From: a virus
Length of the DNA stretch: 64,000 nucleotides
Virus record (IMG/VR): IMGVR_UViG_3300033146_003848
Span: 82,141 to 146,140 of that record
Reading direction: 5' to 3' (one strand)
This document shows, one piece after another, positions 20,646 through 30,137 of this stretch. Below the pieces are notes generated by a model. It was not told the origin of the DNA and ran no database searches. It was given only the letters and a program-made list of their open reading frames with translations. The first letter of the stretch is position 1; the number at the start of each line of letters is the position of its first letter. Position numbers and translations under genes: made by a program.

Positions 20646-20745
20646 TATTTCAGTGAGCCTTTTGCTCGTCACTCAACGAAAATAAAAAATTAATACTTTA
20701 CTATTTAGAAGTAAAAAAACTATTTAAAATTAATTAAAATTATCA

Positions 20746-20774
20746 TTGACTTGGTTAAAATTATATGTTATACT
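20746..20774 (+). promoter_or_regulatory. early sigma70 promoter
   Basis: TTGACTTGG..TGTTATACT; near copy at 20957. Confidence 0.8.
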
Positions 20775-20824
20775 TATATTATAAATGATTGAAAACTTTT
20801 CAATTATAATTGATGGAGATAATC

Positions 20825-20953
20825 ATGTTTGATGATATTGCGATATTTATACCATACAACGATGAAGTTAAAATATCAGAAGGATATTATTCATTGCGAG
20901 AGTATAAGAATTCACCTGAAGCAATTCAATATATTGCAGATATGTTAGAATAA
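20825..20953 (+). CDS. 42-aa acidic peptide (not in ORF track)
   Basis: own promoter, GGAG RBS, MFDDIAIF..IQYIADMLE. Confidence 0.65.
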   Translation: MFDDIAIFIPYNDEVKISEGYYSLREYKNSPEAIQYIADMLE

Positions 20954-20956
20954 ATG

Positions 20957-20985
20957 TTGACTTGGTTAAAATTAAATGTTATACT
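20957..20985 (+). promoter_or_regulatory. early sigma70 promoter
   Basis: TTGACTTGG..TGTTATACT. Confidence 0.8.
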
Positions 20986-21040
20986 ATTATTATAAAACAC
21001 TTAGATGTTAAGTGTTACAAACAATTTATGGAGAGTTATT

Positions 21041-21283
21041 ATGTGGGTAAACAGAAAAGATTGTAGAAAAGAAGGACTTAAACAACGATTTGAAGCGTAT
21101 GATTTATTAGATGGTGTAAGATATCTTAAGCCCGATTCAGATAAAGACTTCTTGGGATCAGTAAGTGCAATAGACACAACTAGAGGTCTTATTGAATTAA
21201 CATCAGTGGAGAATAATGAGAAACTCAATGTCCCTGCTGAATTGTGTAGAATTTTATTAATAAGAGGAGAGATTCCTGTTTAA
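21041..21283 (+). CDS. hypothetical protein
   Basis: GGAG RBS. Confidence 0.65.
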   Translation: MWVNRKDCRKEGLKQRFEAYDLLDGVRYLKPDSDKDFLGSVSAIDTTRGLIELTSVENNEKLNVPAELCRILLIRGEIPV

Positions 21284-21297
21284 ATGAAAGTGTAAAT

Positions 21298-21360
21298 TTG
21301 ACACGGCTCAATTTATATGTTATAATATACTTATAAACAATGTTAATAGTAACATTGTAG
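21298..21360 (+). promoter_or_regulatory. early promoter + ATAG-loop hairpin
   Basis: TTGACACGG..TGTTATAAT; ACAATGTTA-ATAG-TAACATTGT. Confidence 0.8.
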
Positions 21361-21388
21361 AATGAATATTAATTTAATTGCGGAGATT

Positions 21389-21703
21389 ATGATGGAAATA
21401 AAAACACACTTTAGCCCTCAAGAAGTATTGAATAACCCAGAACTTACTCAAGATGCAATGAATCATTGTGGAGAATTGACTTATGAGATGACAGACGGAG
21501 AAATTGATTGGGTCAATTTCATTAAAGGTAAATATAGCATTGCTGATTATATTTTAAAGAGAATGGTAGATAATGTTGTTACAATTGACATGGACTTCTC
21601 TAAGAGTCTTGATGATGATTGTGAAGGAGCAGGAAAGGCAGTTATGCTAAGTGATGATAGTGCCCTTCAATCGATTTTCTTTTATAATTATATGGAGAGT
21701 TAA
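21389..21703 (+). CDS. acidic hypothetical protein
   Basis: CGGAG RBS. Confidence 0.7.
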   Translation: MMEIKTHFSPQEVLNNPELTQDAMNHCGELTYEMTDGEIDWVNFIKGKYSIADYILKRMVDNVVTIDMDFSKSLDDDCEGAGKAVMLSDDSALQSIFFYNYMES

Positions 21704-21886
21704 ATGAGTAGCATTAAAATAAAAGATTTGGTCATCTCTCAAGAAGGTCAAGAAAAAATACTTCGTCGTCATTATGAAAAGATGACCAAATCGCAAGTTA
21801 TAGATGCTCTTATTATGGAGTTATTTGTAAATAATAAAGATAGTGTTCCCAGACGAATTGAAAATATTAGTTATGGAGAAAATTAA
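21704..21886 (+). CDS. hypothetical protein
   Basis: GGAG RBS. Confidence 0.55.
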   Translation: MSSIKIKDLVISQEGQEKILRRHYEKMTKSQVIDALIMELFVNNKDSVPRRIENISYGEN

Positions 21887-22134
21887 TGATGAATAGGTTT
21901 GATTTTGGTATGACTGGAATTATTAAAAAATTTATTGAAGGATTAAAAATTGAATTTGATGAAAAAGGACAATATTGGCTTGTTGACTGTTGGGATAATT
22001 GTCAGTATATTGCCAAATATAATAAACAGAGCAAGGTTTTTGCCATGTATGATGAATTAGAATGGTGTAAAACTCTAACAGAAGGTCAAAAGATAGTGAA
22101 AAACCATTTCCCTCACTTGAAAATTAAGGTTTGA
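21886..22134 (+). CDS. hypothetical protein
   Basis: TAATG overlap, GGAG. Confidence 0.6.
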   Translation: MMNRFDFGMTGIIKKFIEGLKIEFDEKGQYWLVDCWDNCQYIAKYNKQSKVFAMYDELEWCKTLTEGQKIVKNHFPHLKIKV

Positions 22135-22159
22135 TATAAATTTTTAGATGGAGAAAATT

Positions 22160-22426
22160 ATGAGTGATGTAGCAAAAATAAGAGCGGATATTAATAAGAG
22201 AGGACTCAAGACAGTCATGAAAGAACACTTGAATATTCCCGATGAAGACTTTGATTCCCATTGTTCGGATTTATATGTTATTTGTACTTCGGAGCGACAA
22301 GAGTGGCTAAAGAAGAATTATGAATTTTATACTAATATTGTCCTCTCATATTCAAATGTTGATGGTCAATCTTGGTTGGGAAAATCATTCTTCGATATCC
22401 CATTTGCACACATTGAATATTATTAA
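22160..22426 (+). CDS. hypothetical protein
   Basis: GGAG RBS. Confidence 0.65.
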   Translation: MSDVAKIRADINKRGLKTVMKEHLNIPDEDFDSHCSDLYVICTSERQEWLKKNYEFYTNIVLSYSNVDGQSWLGKSFFDIPFAHIEYY

Positions 22427-22521
22427 AAGAGAGGTATAATTATGAGTAGTGTTAACCACTATGAAGTTGATACTGAATATACATAAAACATTAAAAAAAG
22501 TGTAATTAATAGTATAATGAT

Positions 22522-22550
22522 TTGACACGGTCAATATTATATGTTAGAAT
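22522..22550 (+). promoter_or_regulatory. early sigma70 promoter
   Basis: TTGACACGG..TGTTAGAAT. Confidence 0.75.
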
Positions 22551-22616
22551 ATACTTATGAAACAATTTAAAAAAGTTAGTTTCTAAGTGTTATTAATGAA
22601 TTTTGAGGAGAGTAAA

Positions 22617-22820
22617 ATGAAAAAAACAGAAGCGACTGCGAGATTCGGCAAGAAAATTGTCGAACGAGTGAAGTATCGTAAATATGGCGGAGACGATTGT
22701 TATTCTTGGGCAATCTTCATCGATAGACGATTGTACAAAGGAGGTTACTCCAGATCAGAAGTTATGTATGAAGTAGGGTTAATTTATAAACATTTATCTG
22801 ATGAAAGTAGAGGAGAGTAA
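22617..22820 (+). CDS. hypothetical protein
   Basis: GAGGAGAGTAAAATG, the same 15-mer precedes the next gene. Confidence 0.65.
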   Translation: MKKTEATARFGKKIVERVKYRKYGGDDCYSWAIFIDRRLYKGGYSRSEVMYEVGLIYKHLSDESRGE

Positions 22821-22821
22821 A

Positions 22822-23442
22822 ATGGAAACTATACAAAAAATAAATTATAAGGATCATACGATTGAAATTTCATATGATGATTATTTTGAAAGTCCAAGAT
22901 GTTGGGATCAAAACTCAACAATGTTAATATTTCATCGAGAATATGATTTTGGTGATAAAAATGAATTGGGTATTGATAAAAATGATTTTAATGATTGGGA
23001 TGAAATGGAAGAATTCCTACAAAAGGAGATGAATATAGTAGTAATTTTACCAATTTACATGATGGAACATAGTGGGATAAGTATTCAAACAACTCCATTT
23101 AGTTGCTCATGGGATTCAGGAAGAGTGGGATTTATATATATTACTCGGGATCAGATGAAGGATGCATATGGGTATAAACTATTAAATGCCAGACGAGAAA
23201 AAGAAATCATAAGATACTTAACCAACGAAGTCAAATTAATGAATAACTATGTCACAGGAGATGTTTATGCATATTGTATTCGCAATGAGGACGACGAAGT
23301 ACTCGATTCATGTTCAGGGTTTTATGGTGATGATTGTATTCCCGAAATAATAGATGAATGTAAACGAATCATTGATACTTATCCTTCTTCTCAACAAATG
23401 ACTATTGCTGATTTTATACAGGAGAAAAAAGATGACCAATAA
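22822..23442 (+). CDS. conserved acidic phage protein
   Basis: PR.WD..HSGI..WDSG.VG.IY..DSCSGFYG family motifs. Confidence 0.7.
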   Translation: METIQKINYKDHTIEISYDDYFESPRCWDQNSTMLIFHREYDFGDKNELGIDKNDFNDWDEMEEFLQKEMNIVVILPIYMMEHSGISIQTTPFSCSWDSGRVGFIYITRDQMKDAYGYKLLNARREKEIIRYLTNEVKLMNNYVTGDVYAYCIRNEDDEVLDSCSGFYGDDCIPEIIDECKRIIDTYPSSQQMTIADFIQEKKDDQ

Positions 23443-24094
23443 AGAACTGATGGAACTGATGGGAGTCTCAAGAGAGACCGTTAGATTCTGGATCACAAAG
23501 GGAATTCCACATGTGGGAGAAACTCCCACAACAATGACTTTCCCCGAAAAAGAATGTCAACAATGGTTTATTGACAATAAAATAATAGGATACTTAAATG
23601 TGAAGGAGATAAAAGAAAAATATAACCTCTCACAAAAACAATTAACAGTTTGGCGAAATAATGGATTGCCCGAAGAGTGGAGTCCAATTCGTAAAAAGAA
23701 GGCAATATATAACATTGTAAAATTAGAAACTTGGGTTGAAGAAACAAATGCCCTTTCTATGTTTGATGAAGATCCTCGAATGAGCACTGCGGATATTTGT
23801 GAAATGTATAATGTAACTAGAGCGACAGTTTCTCTTTGGGTAAAAAATGGACTTCGAGGAGAAGATACTATTCATGGGTTTAGATTTGAACATAGTGAGG
23901 TTAGACGTTGGATAGAAAGTCACAAAAAATCCCAGAATAAATTAATTCTCATACAAGGTCAAGTATTCATTAGTAAACATAAAGATGTCGACCTTGTTGA
24001 ACGATATTACTCCATAAGTGAATTGGGAAAAATACTATCTGAAAATAAAAATGATCCTAAAACCATTCAACATATTTCTAATATGTTAATTTGA
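23432..24094 (+). CDS. triple MerR/excisionase-like winged-HTH DNA-binding protein, paralog 1
   Basis: three copies of the pattern EL....VSRETV..W...G.P ... W. Confidence 0.7.
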   Translation: MTNKELMELMGVSRETVRFWITKGIPHVGETPTTMTFPEKECQQWFIDNKIIGYLNVKEIKEKYNLSQKQLTVWRNNGLPEEWSPIRKKKAIYNIVKLETWVEETNALSMFDEDPRMSTADICEMYNVTRATVSLWVKNGLRGEDTIHGFRFEHSEVRRWIESHKKSQNKLILIQGQVFISKHKDVDLVERYYSISELGKILSENKNDPKTIQHISNMLI

Positions 24095-24202
24095 CTTGGT
24101 CATTTTTATGTGTTATACTATATATATAAACAATTAATTTTGATTGTTTGTTTTTAATAATTTTTTGAGTCAGAAAAGACTATAACATCGGAGACTATTA
24201 TG
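24091..24202 (+). promoter_or_regulatory. early promoter + two-hairpin leader
   Basis: near-identical leader to 28156-28269. Confidence 0.85.
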
Positions 24203-24445
24203 AATTTACAAGTGAATGGTGAATTACATTTGAGAATTTCCAACATGGAAGGTGTAGAAATTCAAAAAGATGAAGAAAAAATGGTTAGGTCGAAATTAAA
24301 GAGTGGAGATTATTTACTTAGCCTCAATAATAAATTTATTGTTGAATTAAAGAATTTTCAAACTCCAATATATACTTTTGATTTCGATGTCGATTCAATT
24401 ACCGAATATGATTTCATTGAAGATGCGGAGGAAAATGATGAGTGA
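24200..24445 (+). CDS. hypothetical protein
   Basis: leader and RBS. Confidence 0.7.
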   Translation: MNLQVNGELHLRISNMEGVEIQKDEEKMVRSKLKSGDYLLSLNNKFIVELKNFQTPIYTFDFDVDSITEYDFIEDAEENDE

Positions 24446-24707
24446 TAAAAATACAAAAAAAGCCCTGTTGAAAGAACAATTGGACAAATTAATGAGCCAA
24501 TTCTCAGATACAATTGATGAGAAGGTCAATCATGTGTTCGCATCGGGAACACTAGACGTGGACAATTTAGATGTCAGTGATGATAATTATACATTGGCTA
24601 AATTCTTCATGTGTGCATTAGGGAAAGAAATGTCGCACCAATATAAACATCCCAATTCTTCACGAAAACAAACCAAAACAATTGAGAGTATATATGGAGC
24701 AATGTGA
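24435..24707 (+). CDS. hypothetical protein
   Basis: GGAGG RBS. Confidence 0.65.
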   Translation: MMSDKNTKKALLKEQLDKLMSQFSDTIDEKVNHVFASGTLDVDNLDVSDDNYTLAKFFMCALGKEMSHQYKHPNSSRKQTKTIESIYGAM

Positions 24708-24782
24708 TGAAATATTTTGTAGCAATGTATTATGGCGAACGATATTTGACCACCATTAAGACTATTAATGAGGAGAATTAAA

Positions 24783-25085
24783 ATGAATATATTGCCAAAA
24801 ACAATGTCGAGTAGTAACGAAGCCACAATGAGAATTAAAAAATTCCATCATCCCTTTATTCACGTCCAATTACATGAGGTAAAGGATAACAAAACAAATA
24901 AAAAGTATTCAATATTACAGTGGCAATATTGGACACATGGTGATAATATTAATGTGACTAGAGTCGCAATTAAGGATATCACTAGTGACGAGGCCATTTT
25001 ACTTTGCGATGAATTGCCTGTTTTGACCGAGACCCTTCATGATGAAATTGCGGAGAAATTTACAATATTAAGTGTTCAATCATAG
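24783..25085 (+). CDS. hypothetical protein
   Basis: AGGAGAATTAAAATG. Confidence 0.65.
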   Translation: MNILPKTMSSSNEATMRIKKFHHPFIHVQLHEVKDNKTNKKYSILQWQYWTHGDNINVTRVAIKDITSDEAILLCDELPVLTETLHDEIAEKFTILSVQS

Positions 25086-25095
25086 GAGAATTAAA

Positions 25096-25422
25096 ATGAG
25101 AAAAATAGTAACATGGGTTGACGATAATGGAAATTCTTGGTCAGACTGTACTGAGAGAGAGGCAATCAAGAAGTCTAAGACCCTTAGAAATTGCACTAAT
25201 TGCAAAGATTGCACCTATTGTGTGAATTGCACAAATTGCACTAATTGTACTGAATGTGGGAATTTAGACGGTTGTGAACATTGTCACCAATGTGTGAATT
25301 GTAATAATTGTTTTCACTGTGATTATTGCACTGATTGCACCGACTGCAAAAATTGCACTAAATGTTTAGAGATTCGTGTTTCTAATGGTTCTAATTACGT
25401 TAACGTGAAACGAGGAGAATAA
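25096..25422 (+). CDS. Cys-repeat protein, paralog 2
   Basis: WVDDNGNSWSDCT..EA..KS + long CxxC run. Confidence 0.75.
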   Translation: MRKIVTWVDDNGNSWSDCTEREAIKKSKTLRNCTNCKDCTYCVNCTNCTNCTECGNLDGCEHCHQCVNCNNCFHCDYCTDCTDCKNCTKCLEIRVSNGSNYVNVKRGE

Positions 25423-25423
25423 A

Positions 25424-25702
25424 ATGATAGAAAAGAAAATTGCCCAATTTAGAGAAGAATTGAAATTCGACACTAAAGGGTTAAAAATGTTTAATGATAT
25501 CATCGAACACTCAAAGACCGATTCCAAATGTAATGCCTTATTTGAATTATACTTGACTTCACCTGTTCATAAGACTTTAACCCTCTTTAAAATCCTCAGA
25601 CTGACATTTCCAAATGAGGCAAAAGAAGACTCCTTGGAATTTACAAATAAATGGACATCAATAGACTCCGCATCAAATGAAATTTCCATCAGAAATAATT
25701 GA
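25424..25702 (+). CDS. hypothetical protein
   Basis: GAGGAG RBS. Confidence 0.65.
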   Translation: MIEKKIAQFREELKFDTKGLKMFNDIIEHSKTDSKCNALFELYLTSPVHKTLTLFKILRLTFPNEAKEDSLEFTNKWTSIDSASNEISIRNN

Positions 25703-25762
25703 CATGGTCTAAAATAAATGTTATACTAGTATTATGATAGTATCAATAGTGACACTATCAAT
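25699..25762 (+). promoter_or_regulatory. early promoter + ATAG-loop hairpin
   Basis: TTGACATGG..TGTTATACT; TGATAGTATCA-ATAG-TGACACTATCA. Confidence 0.8.
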
Positions 25763-25793
25763 TGATTATTAATTTAACACTATGGAGATCAAG

Positions 25794-26483
25794 ATGAATG
25801 GAAAGGAATTAATGCGAGGATATCATTGCACAAAGGCAACAGTCTTGATGTGGGTCTCACACGGTCTTCCACACGAAGGAGAAATATTCTCTAAAATGTC
25901 ATTCGATGCCAATGAAGTAGAAAAATGGTTAATAGAGAATAAAGTCATGAATCATTGGACAACCCAGGAATTAAAACAAAATTATAACCTCAAAAAAAGA
26001 CAGTACGACGTTTGGAGAAGTCACGGACTCCCTGAACAAAAAAGTCCCCTGTTCCCAAAAAGTATGAGAGTATATAATATCCTCGAAGTAGAACAATGGG
26101 TGTTAGAGAATGATGCCCTAAATTTCCACGAATCAAAGTCGACAACCAACGATATATGTGCCCGATATAATATCACTAGAGCCGCAGTCTCACTATTCAT
26201 CAAACAAGGACTCCCAAATGAAAAGACAATATATGGCCTCCGTTACGATATGAATGAAGTACACAAATGGATGATTAAGAATAATAAAGTCAACGGGAAA
26301 AAGAATCGCAAAAAGAAAAGGCAATCAGAAACAAAAGAAGACCTCATCATCACACTAAAAGGCCTCAATAAGTGGAAAAGTGATTGGCAAAAAAGAGGTG
26401 TTGATGACTCCAATAAAATTCAATCGTTGAATAATTTAATTGAAGGTGTGAAAAAAGACTTAGAAAAATTCGATAAATGTTGA
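25794..26483 (+). CDS. triple winged-HTH DNA-binding protein, paralog 2
   Basis: co-linear with 23432-24094 (DIC..YN.TRA.VS...K.GL). Confidence 0.7.
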   Translation: MNGKELMRGYHCTKATVLMWVSHGLPHEGEIFSKMSFDANEVEKWLIENKVMNHWTTQELKQNYNLKKRQYDVWRSHGLPEQKSPLFPKSMRVYNILEVEQWVLENDALNFHESKSTTNDICARYNITRAAVSLFIKQGLPNEKTIYGLRYDMNEVHKWMIKNNKVNGKKNRKKKRQSETKEDLIITLKGLNKWKSDWQKRGVDDSNKIQSLNNLIEGVKKDLEKFDKC

Positions 26484-26540
26484 CTCGGTTGATATTATAT
26501 GTTATAGTACTATTATAAAGTAAAAGTCAATAGTGACTTG
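26480..26540 (+). promoter_or_regulatory. early promoter + ATAG-loop hairpin
   Basis: TTGACTCGG..TGTTATAGT; AAGTCA-ATAG-TGACTT. Confidence 0.75.
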
Positions 26541-26575
26541 TTAGAGTGATTAATTCATACAAAGGAGAGACAACA

Positions 26576-26929
26576 ATGCAAAAAATTGTAACACAAAAAA
26601 TGATATACTGGCAAGACGACAACGACAACAAGTGGTCAGACTGCACTGAAGAAGAAGCCATTGAGAAGTCTAAGACCCTCAAAAATTGTACTAATTGTAC
26701 CGACTGCGAACGATGTGAAGACTGCCATGATTGTGAGAATTGCACAGACTGCAGATGGTGTGTAGATAGTGCCAATGCGTCCTTTTGCGAAGACTGCACC
26801 GATTGCAACCATTGTTCAGGATGCGAATCTTGTATAAAGTGTAACAATTGCGAAGACTGCATTGGTTGCGATGAATGTGAACAAAGTGAAGGTCTTGCGA
26901 ATGAATATCAAAGTGTCGGAAAAGAATAA
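26576..26929 (+). CDS. Cys-repeat protein, paralog 3
   Basis: YWQDDNDNKWSDCTEEEAIEKS + CxxC run. Confidence 0.75.
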   Translation: MQKIVTQKMIYWQDDNDNKWSDCTEEEAIEKSKTLKNCTNCTDCERCEDCHDCENCTDCRWCVDSANASFCEDCTDCNHCSGCESCIKCNNCEDCIGCDECEQSEGLANEYQSVGKE

Positions 26930-27116
26930 TGAAGAAACCAAAACAACGATGTCGAATGTTGAGTAGACAAAACCAAATAAATCCATATGCAACCCTTCAA
27001 CGAAATGAAAGTGTGAGTAGTAAGTCACTCCCCCTCTATTATATCGTCAGCCCTCAAATGAAACCAATTAGTCGACGAAAACCCAACACCCCCGGTGTTA
27101 AACAAAGGAGAATATT

Positions 27117-27539
27117 ATGAACGCCCAAATAACCAATATAAAATTCTTCATACAAGGGAATGCAATATTTACAGTATCAAACCCACAAAATGAACACTAC
27201 ACCTTTAAAGTGTCAAAAAAACCCAATGATGAAGACTCCCCACTATTCGTAGGATTATTAACAGGACCCAATAATGAATATAATTACCAGTATATAGGAA
27301 TACTAGACAAGTACCAATTAAAATTAACAAAAAAGTCCAATATAACACCATCATCAAAAGTCCTTAAAGTGTTCAATTGGACTTTAAAACAAGTGTACTT
27401 CAATAAAAGGCCTCCAAAAGGATACTCAATACAACATGTAGGTAAGTGTTGTAAGTGTGGAAGAACCCTAACAACACCAGAATCAATCGCCCTAGGAATA
27501 GGCCCTTCATGTAGAAAACAATCAAAGTCCTGGTCATAA
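27117..27539 (+). CDS. DUF6011-domain protein
   Basis: C-terminal CCKCGRTLTTPESIALGIGPSC. Confidence 0.75.
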   Translation: MNAQITNIKFFIQGNAIFTVSNPQNEHYTFKVSKKPNDEDSPLFVGLLTGPNNEYNYQYIGILDKYQLKLTKKSNITPSSKVLKVFNWTLKQVYFNKRPPKGYSIQHVGKCCKCGRTLTTPESIALGIGPSCRKQSKSWS

Positions 27540-27682
27540 AATTTACTGCATCCTATTCCCTCTTCATATTAGTCCATCCAAATAACCGCAACCCATCCAA
27601 TGAAAATCACCATTTTTTGTCCGTCCAATGTCGAACCAATACGTGTGTTGTTGCGTGTAGACAAATTAAACCGTCCGACCAT

Positions 27683-27736
27683 TACCAACCAATACCAACC
27701 AACCAATACCAACCAACCAATACCAACCAATACCAA
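27683..27736. repeat. TA(CCAA)n microsatellite
   Basis: taccaaccaa taccaaccaaccaa taccaaccaaccaa taccaaccaa taccaa. Confidence 0.9.
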
Positions 27737-27918
27737 ATTATCCATTGTCGACTTATAAAATATAGGGATCCTCAATTAATCATTTTCAATACTATTAATT
27801 GGTCCTCATTTTTTACCATAAGGACCTCCAATTTCTTATAATTTATAGGCGACTTTTGTTTGTTTTTTTGGTCTTCATCCTTTTTCCTTATATAAGGCGA
27901 ATTACTTATATGGAATAT

Positions 27919-27947
27919 TTGACAGGGTCATTTAATTATGATATACT
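27919..27947 (+). promoter_or_regulatory. early sigma70 promoter with no downstream RBS/ORF
   Basis: TTGACAGGG..TGATATACT. Confidence 0.75.
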
Positions 27948-27952
27948 ATTAA

Positions 27953-28110
27953 AGTGAGTGAGACTTTTTGTTTTTTCAACACTCACCCTGGTTTCCCTTA
28001 ACCGATAAAATTAAGGGACCCTGCGTACTTGTGATGATGGATCCTATTAGTGATTGCCTTGGGCGTGACGCGTTGAAGGTGACTTCGACTTTTAGGATCC
28101 TCACTTTAAT
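27953..28110 (+). ncRNA. candidate structured small RNA
   Basis: promoter-driven, no SD; stems GTGAGTG/CACTCAC, TCCCTTAA/TTAAGGGA, GGATCCTA/TAGGATCC, AGTGAG/CTCACT. Confidence 0.45.
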
Positions 28111-28155
28111 GACAATTGTAAGGGCCAGTGCGAATAAAAATAAAAGTCATTTTAT

Positions 28156-28269
28156 TTGACTTGGTTGTTTTATTGTGTTATAATATGTATATAAACAATT
28201 GAAATTGATTGTTTGTGTTTTTAATACTTTTTTGAGTCAGAAAAGACTATAACATCGGAGACTATTATG
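28156..28269 (+). promoter_or_regulatory. early promoter + two-hairpin leader
   Basis: TTGACTTGG..TGTTATAAT; AAACAATTG/TGATTGTTT; AGTCAGAAAAGACT; CGGAG. Confidence 0.85.
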
Positions 28270-28917
28270 AGTGAAGTAAAAAAAGAAATCGTTAATGGCA
28301 ATGAGGCTCCAATTGTACACGGCATTGATTCATTAGAGGCTGAAATGAATGCGATGAACGGTATTCCTGTTGAGGTGTCTAAGAAGTCTATCAAATTAAA
28401 AGGGACTGCAAGGGTCGAGAGGCCTGTTCCTAGAGAGCCGAAGAAGAAATTGAAGATGGCTGCACATGCAAAATTTTTTAAGGCGAATGGTGGAAAGAAG
28501 AATGCGGATCAATTGAAAGTGAATTACAAAATGGTTGCAGAGTGGGTTCGTAGTATCATTGAAATTTACAACGTGAAGGATCACTTTGAAGTACATTGTA
28601 AGAGGAGTAAAAAGGACGTAAAGAACGTGGACTTCAATAAGGACGTTGCAGTGAGTAAAGAGAACCCTCGTACAGTGAAGAAAGAAGTGTATGCGGTTGT
28701 TTTTAATCGTAAAGAGGGTGATGAAGTGATTGAAGTACGCAAGGATCAATACAAGTCAGAAGAAATGTTGGTTAGGTCTCTCGCAAATATGGTGTACTTT
28801 GCGACTGCGAAAGTAAAAGAGTACGCGGCTGACCATAAAATTGAGCCACAATACGAGAAAAAAGTGGCTACTGAGGCTAAAACAGTGAAAGAGACTGTGT
28901 CCAACGAAAAGAAGTAA
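28267..28917 (+). CDS. Lys/Val/Glu-rich hypothetical protein
   Basis: 216 aa, monocistronic with own promoter and terminator. Confidence 0.8.
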   Translation: MSEVKKEIVNGNEAPIVHGIDSLEAEMNAMNGIPVEVSKKSIKLKGTARVERPVPREPKKKLKMAAHAKFFKANGGKKNADQLKVNYKMVAEWVRSIIEIYNVKDHFEVHCKRSKKDVKNVDFNKDVAVSKENPRTVKKEVYAVVFNRKEGDEVIEVRKDQYKSEEMLVRSLANMVYFATAKVKEYAADHKIEPQYEKKVATEAKTVKETVSNEKK

Positions 28918-28934
28918 TCATTAGGACTATTATG

Positions 28935-28971
28935 AAGTGAGGACTTATTCAGTCCTCACTTTGGCTTTTTT
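28935..28971 (+). terminator. intrinsic terminator
   Basis: AAGTGAGGACT-TATTC-AGTCCTCACTT then T-rich tail. Confidence 0.7.
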
Positions 28972-29639
28972 CGTATTGATTCCCTATTAGGACGGACTCC
29001 ACTTAGGGAGGTAGGGTGTGGGACGAAGGCTCTCAATTAATATAGTGGAAATAGTGTATGCCCTTTTCATTAATGGGTATTAGTGGTTGACTTGTATGCA
29101 ACGATAAAAAATTCTTAATAGTAAAGTGCAAGTGAAGTAATTTTTGTTCTTAAAGTCACACTATCATATATTGTTGGTCATTATATTGATTCGCCGGTTC
29201 GTCTGTGTCGCGAAAGGGCACGTACTTAGTAGTATAGTATTGATGAATCCTGTGTTTTTATGGGAACGAGTGCCGGTTTCCCTTAACCATCGAGGATCCT
29301 GGACTTATGGTCAATGGATATGCGTGTTTGCGAGGATTGGATCCATTTAGGACGGACTCCACTTAGGACGGTCGAATTCGGGATAAAATTGGAAACCGGC
29401 ACGGTTGAAATCATTAGAGAAAATCGTCACTAGGACTTGTTTATATTGGACTGATAGGATTTGAGTGGACTTTTTCGTTTTCGCCTCGAGGTGATCCTAT
29501 TTCTTGGGTTGGATGGTTGAATGGTTATGAGTACTTAGTGGTAACCGACTTTTTATTGATTTGAGTCGGATTTGTATGGTGTTGCCGGTTGAAATCATTG
29601 ACGGATTTCGTCACTACACAATTGGTTGGAATTTTCACT

Positions 29640-29921
29640 TTATTTGATGATTCCCATTCGTTCGAATTCGAAGTCTACGGCTTCGTTGAAGGATGACTTG
29701 TACAATTCATCAATTTGTTCTTGTAATATTGTCATTCTCAAGTGGGACCTTCCGATATCACGGAGTTGCATGGTTCGTTCTTCATAGAACAATTCTTTTG
29801 TTTCGAAGTCTTCGGGTTGCATAATCCTTACTACTTCTGTGAGTACTTTTGCGGCCCTTTGGTTTCCGAAGTACTCTCTTTGGAGGTCTTCCATTTTTGT
29901 TTTGTCGTGGTGATTCATCAT
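29640..29921 (-). CDS. hypothetical protein
   Basis: GAGGG RBS; promoter at 30018. Confidence 0.7.
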   Translation of the reverse strand: MMNHHDKTKMEDLQREYFGNQRAAKVLTEVVRIMQPEDFETKELFYEERTMQLRDIGRSHLRMTILQEQIDELYKSSFNEAVDFEFERMGIIK

Positions 29922-29989
29922 TTTACTTCCCTCATCATACTAAATTAATAATCAATTGAAAGTAACACTATTGATACTTTCATAATAAT

Positions 29990-30080
29990 AGTATAACATA
30001 TAATATCAACCGAGTCAACGTTATAATGAATTATTTTAAATTATTATTTTATTGACACGGTTGATATTATATGTTATTAT
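29990..30080. promoter_or_regulatory. back-to-back divergent early promoters
   Basis: 26-bp inverted repeat 29993-30018 / 30052-30077 (1 mismatch), each arm a TTGAC..TGTTAT promoter. Confidence 0.8.
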
Positions 30081-30137
30081 TGACTCGTATTATTAATATT
30101 GATATTACAAACGATAACAACAAAAAGGAGACTTATT

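Noticed and set aside
22442-22486. 14-codon mini-ORF with GAGGT RBS
   Set aside because: Too short to support; probably a gene remnant
27569-28159. ORFs 27569-27775, 27617-27841 and 27968-28159
   Set aside because: No RBS; they are open frames through the microsatellite or the structured region
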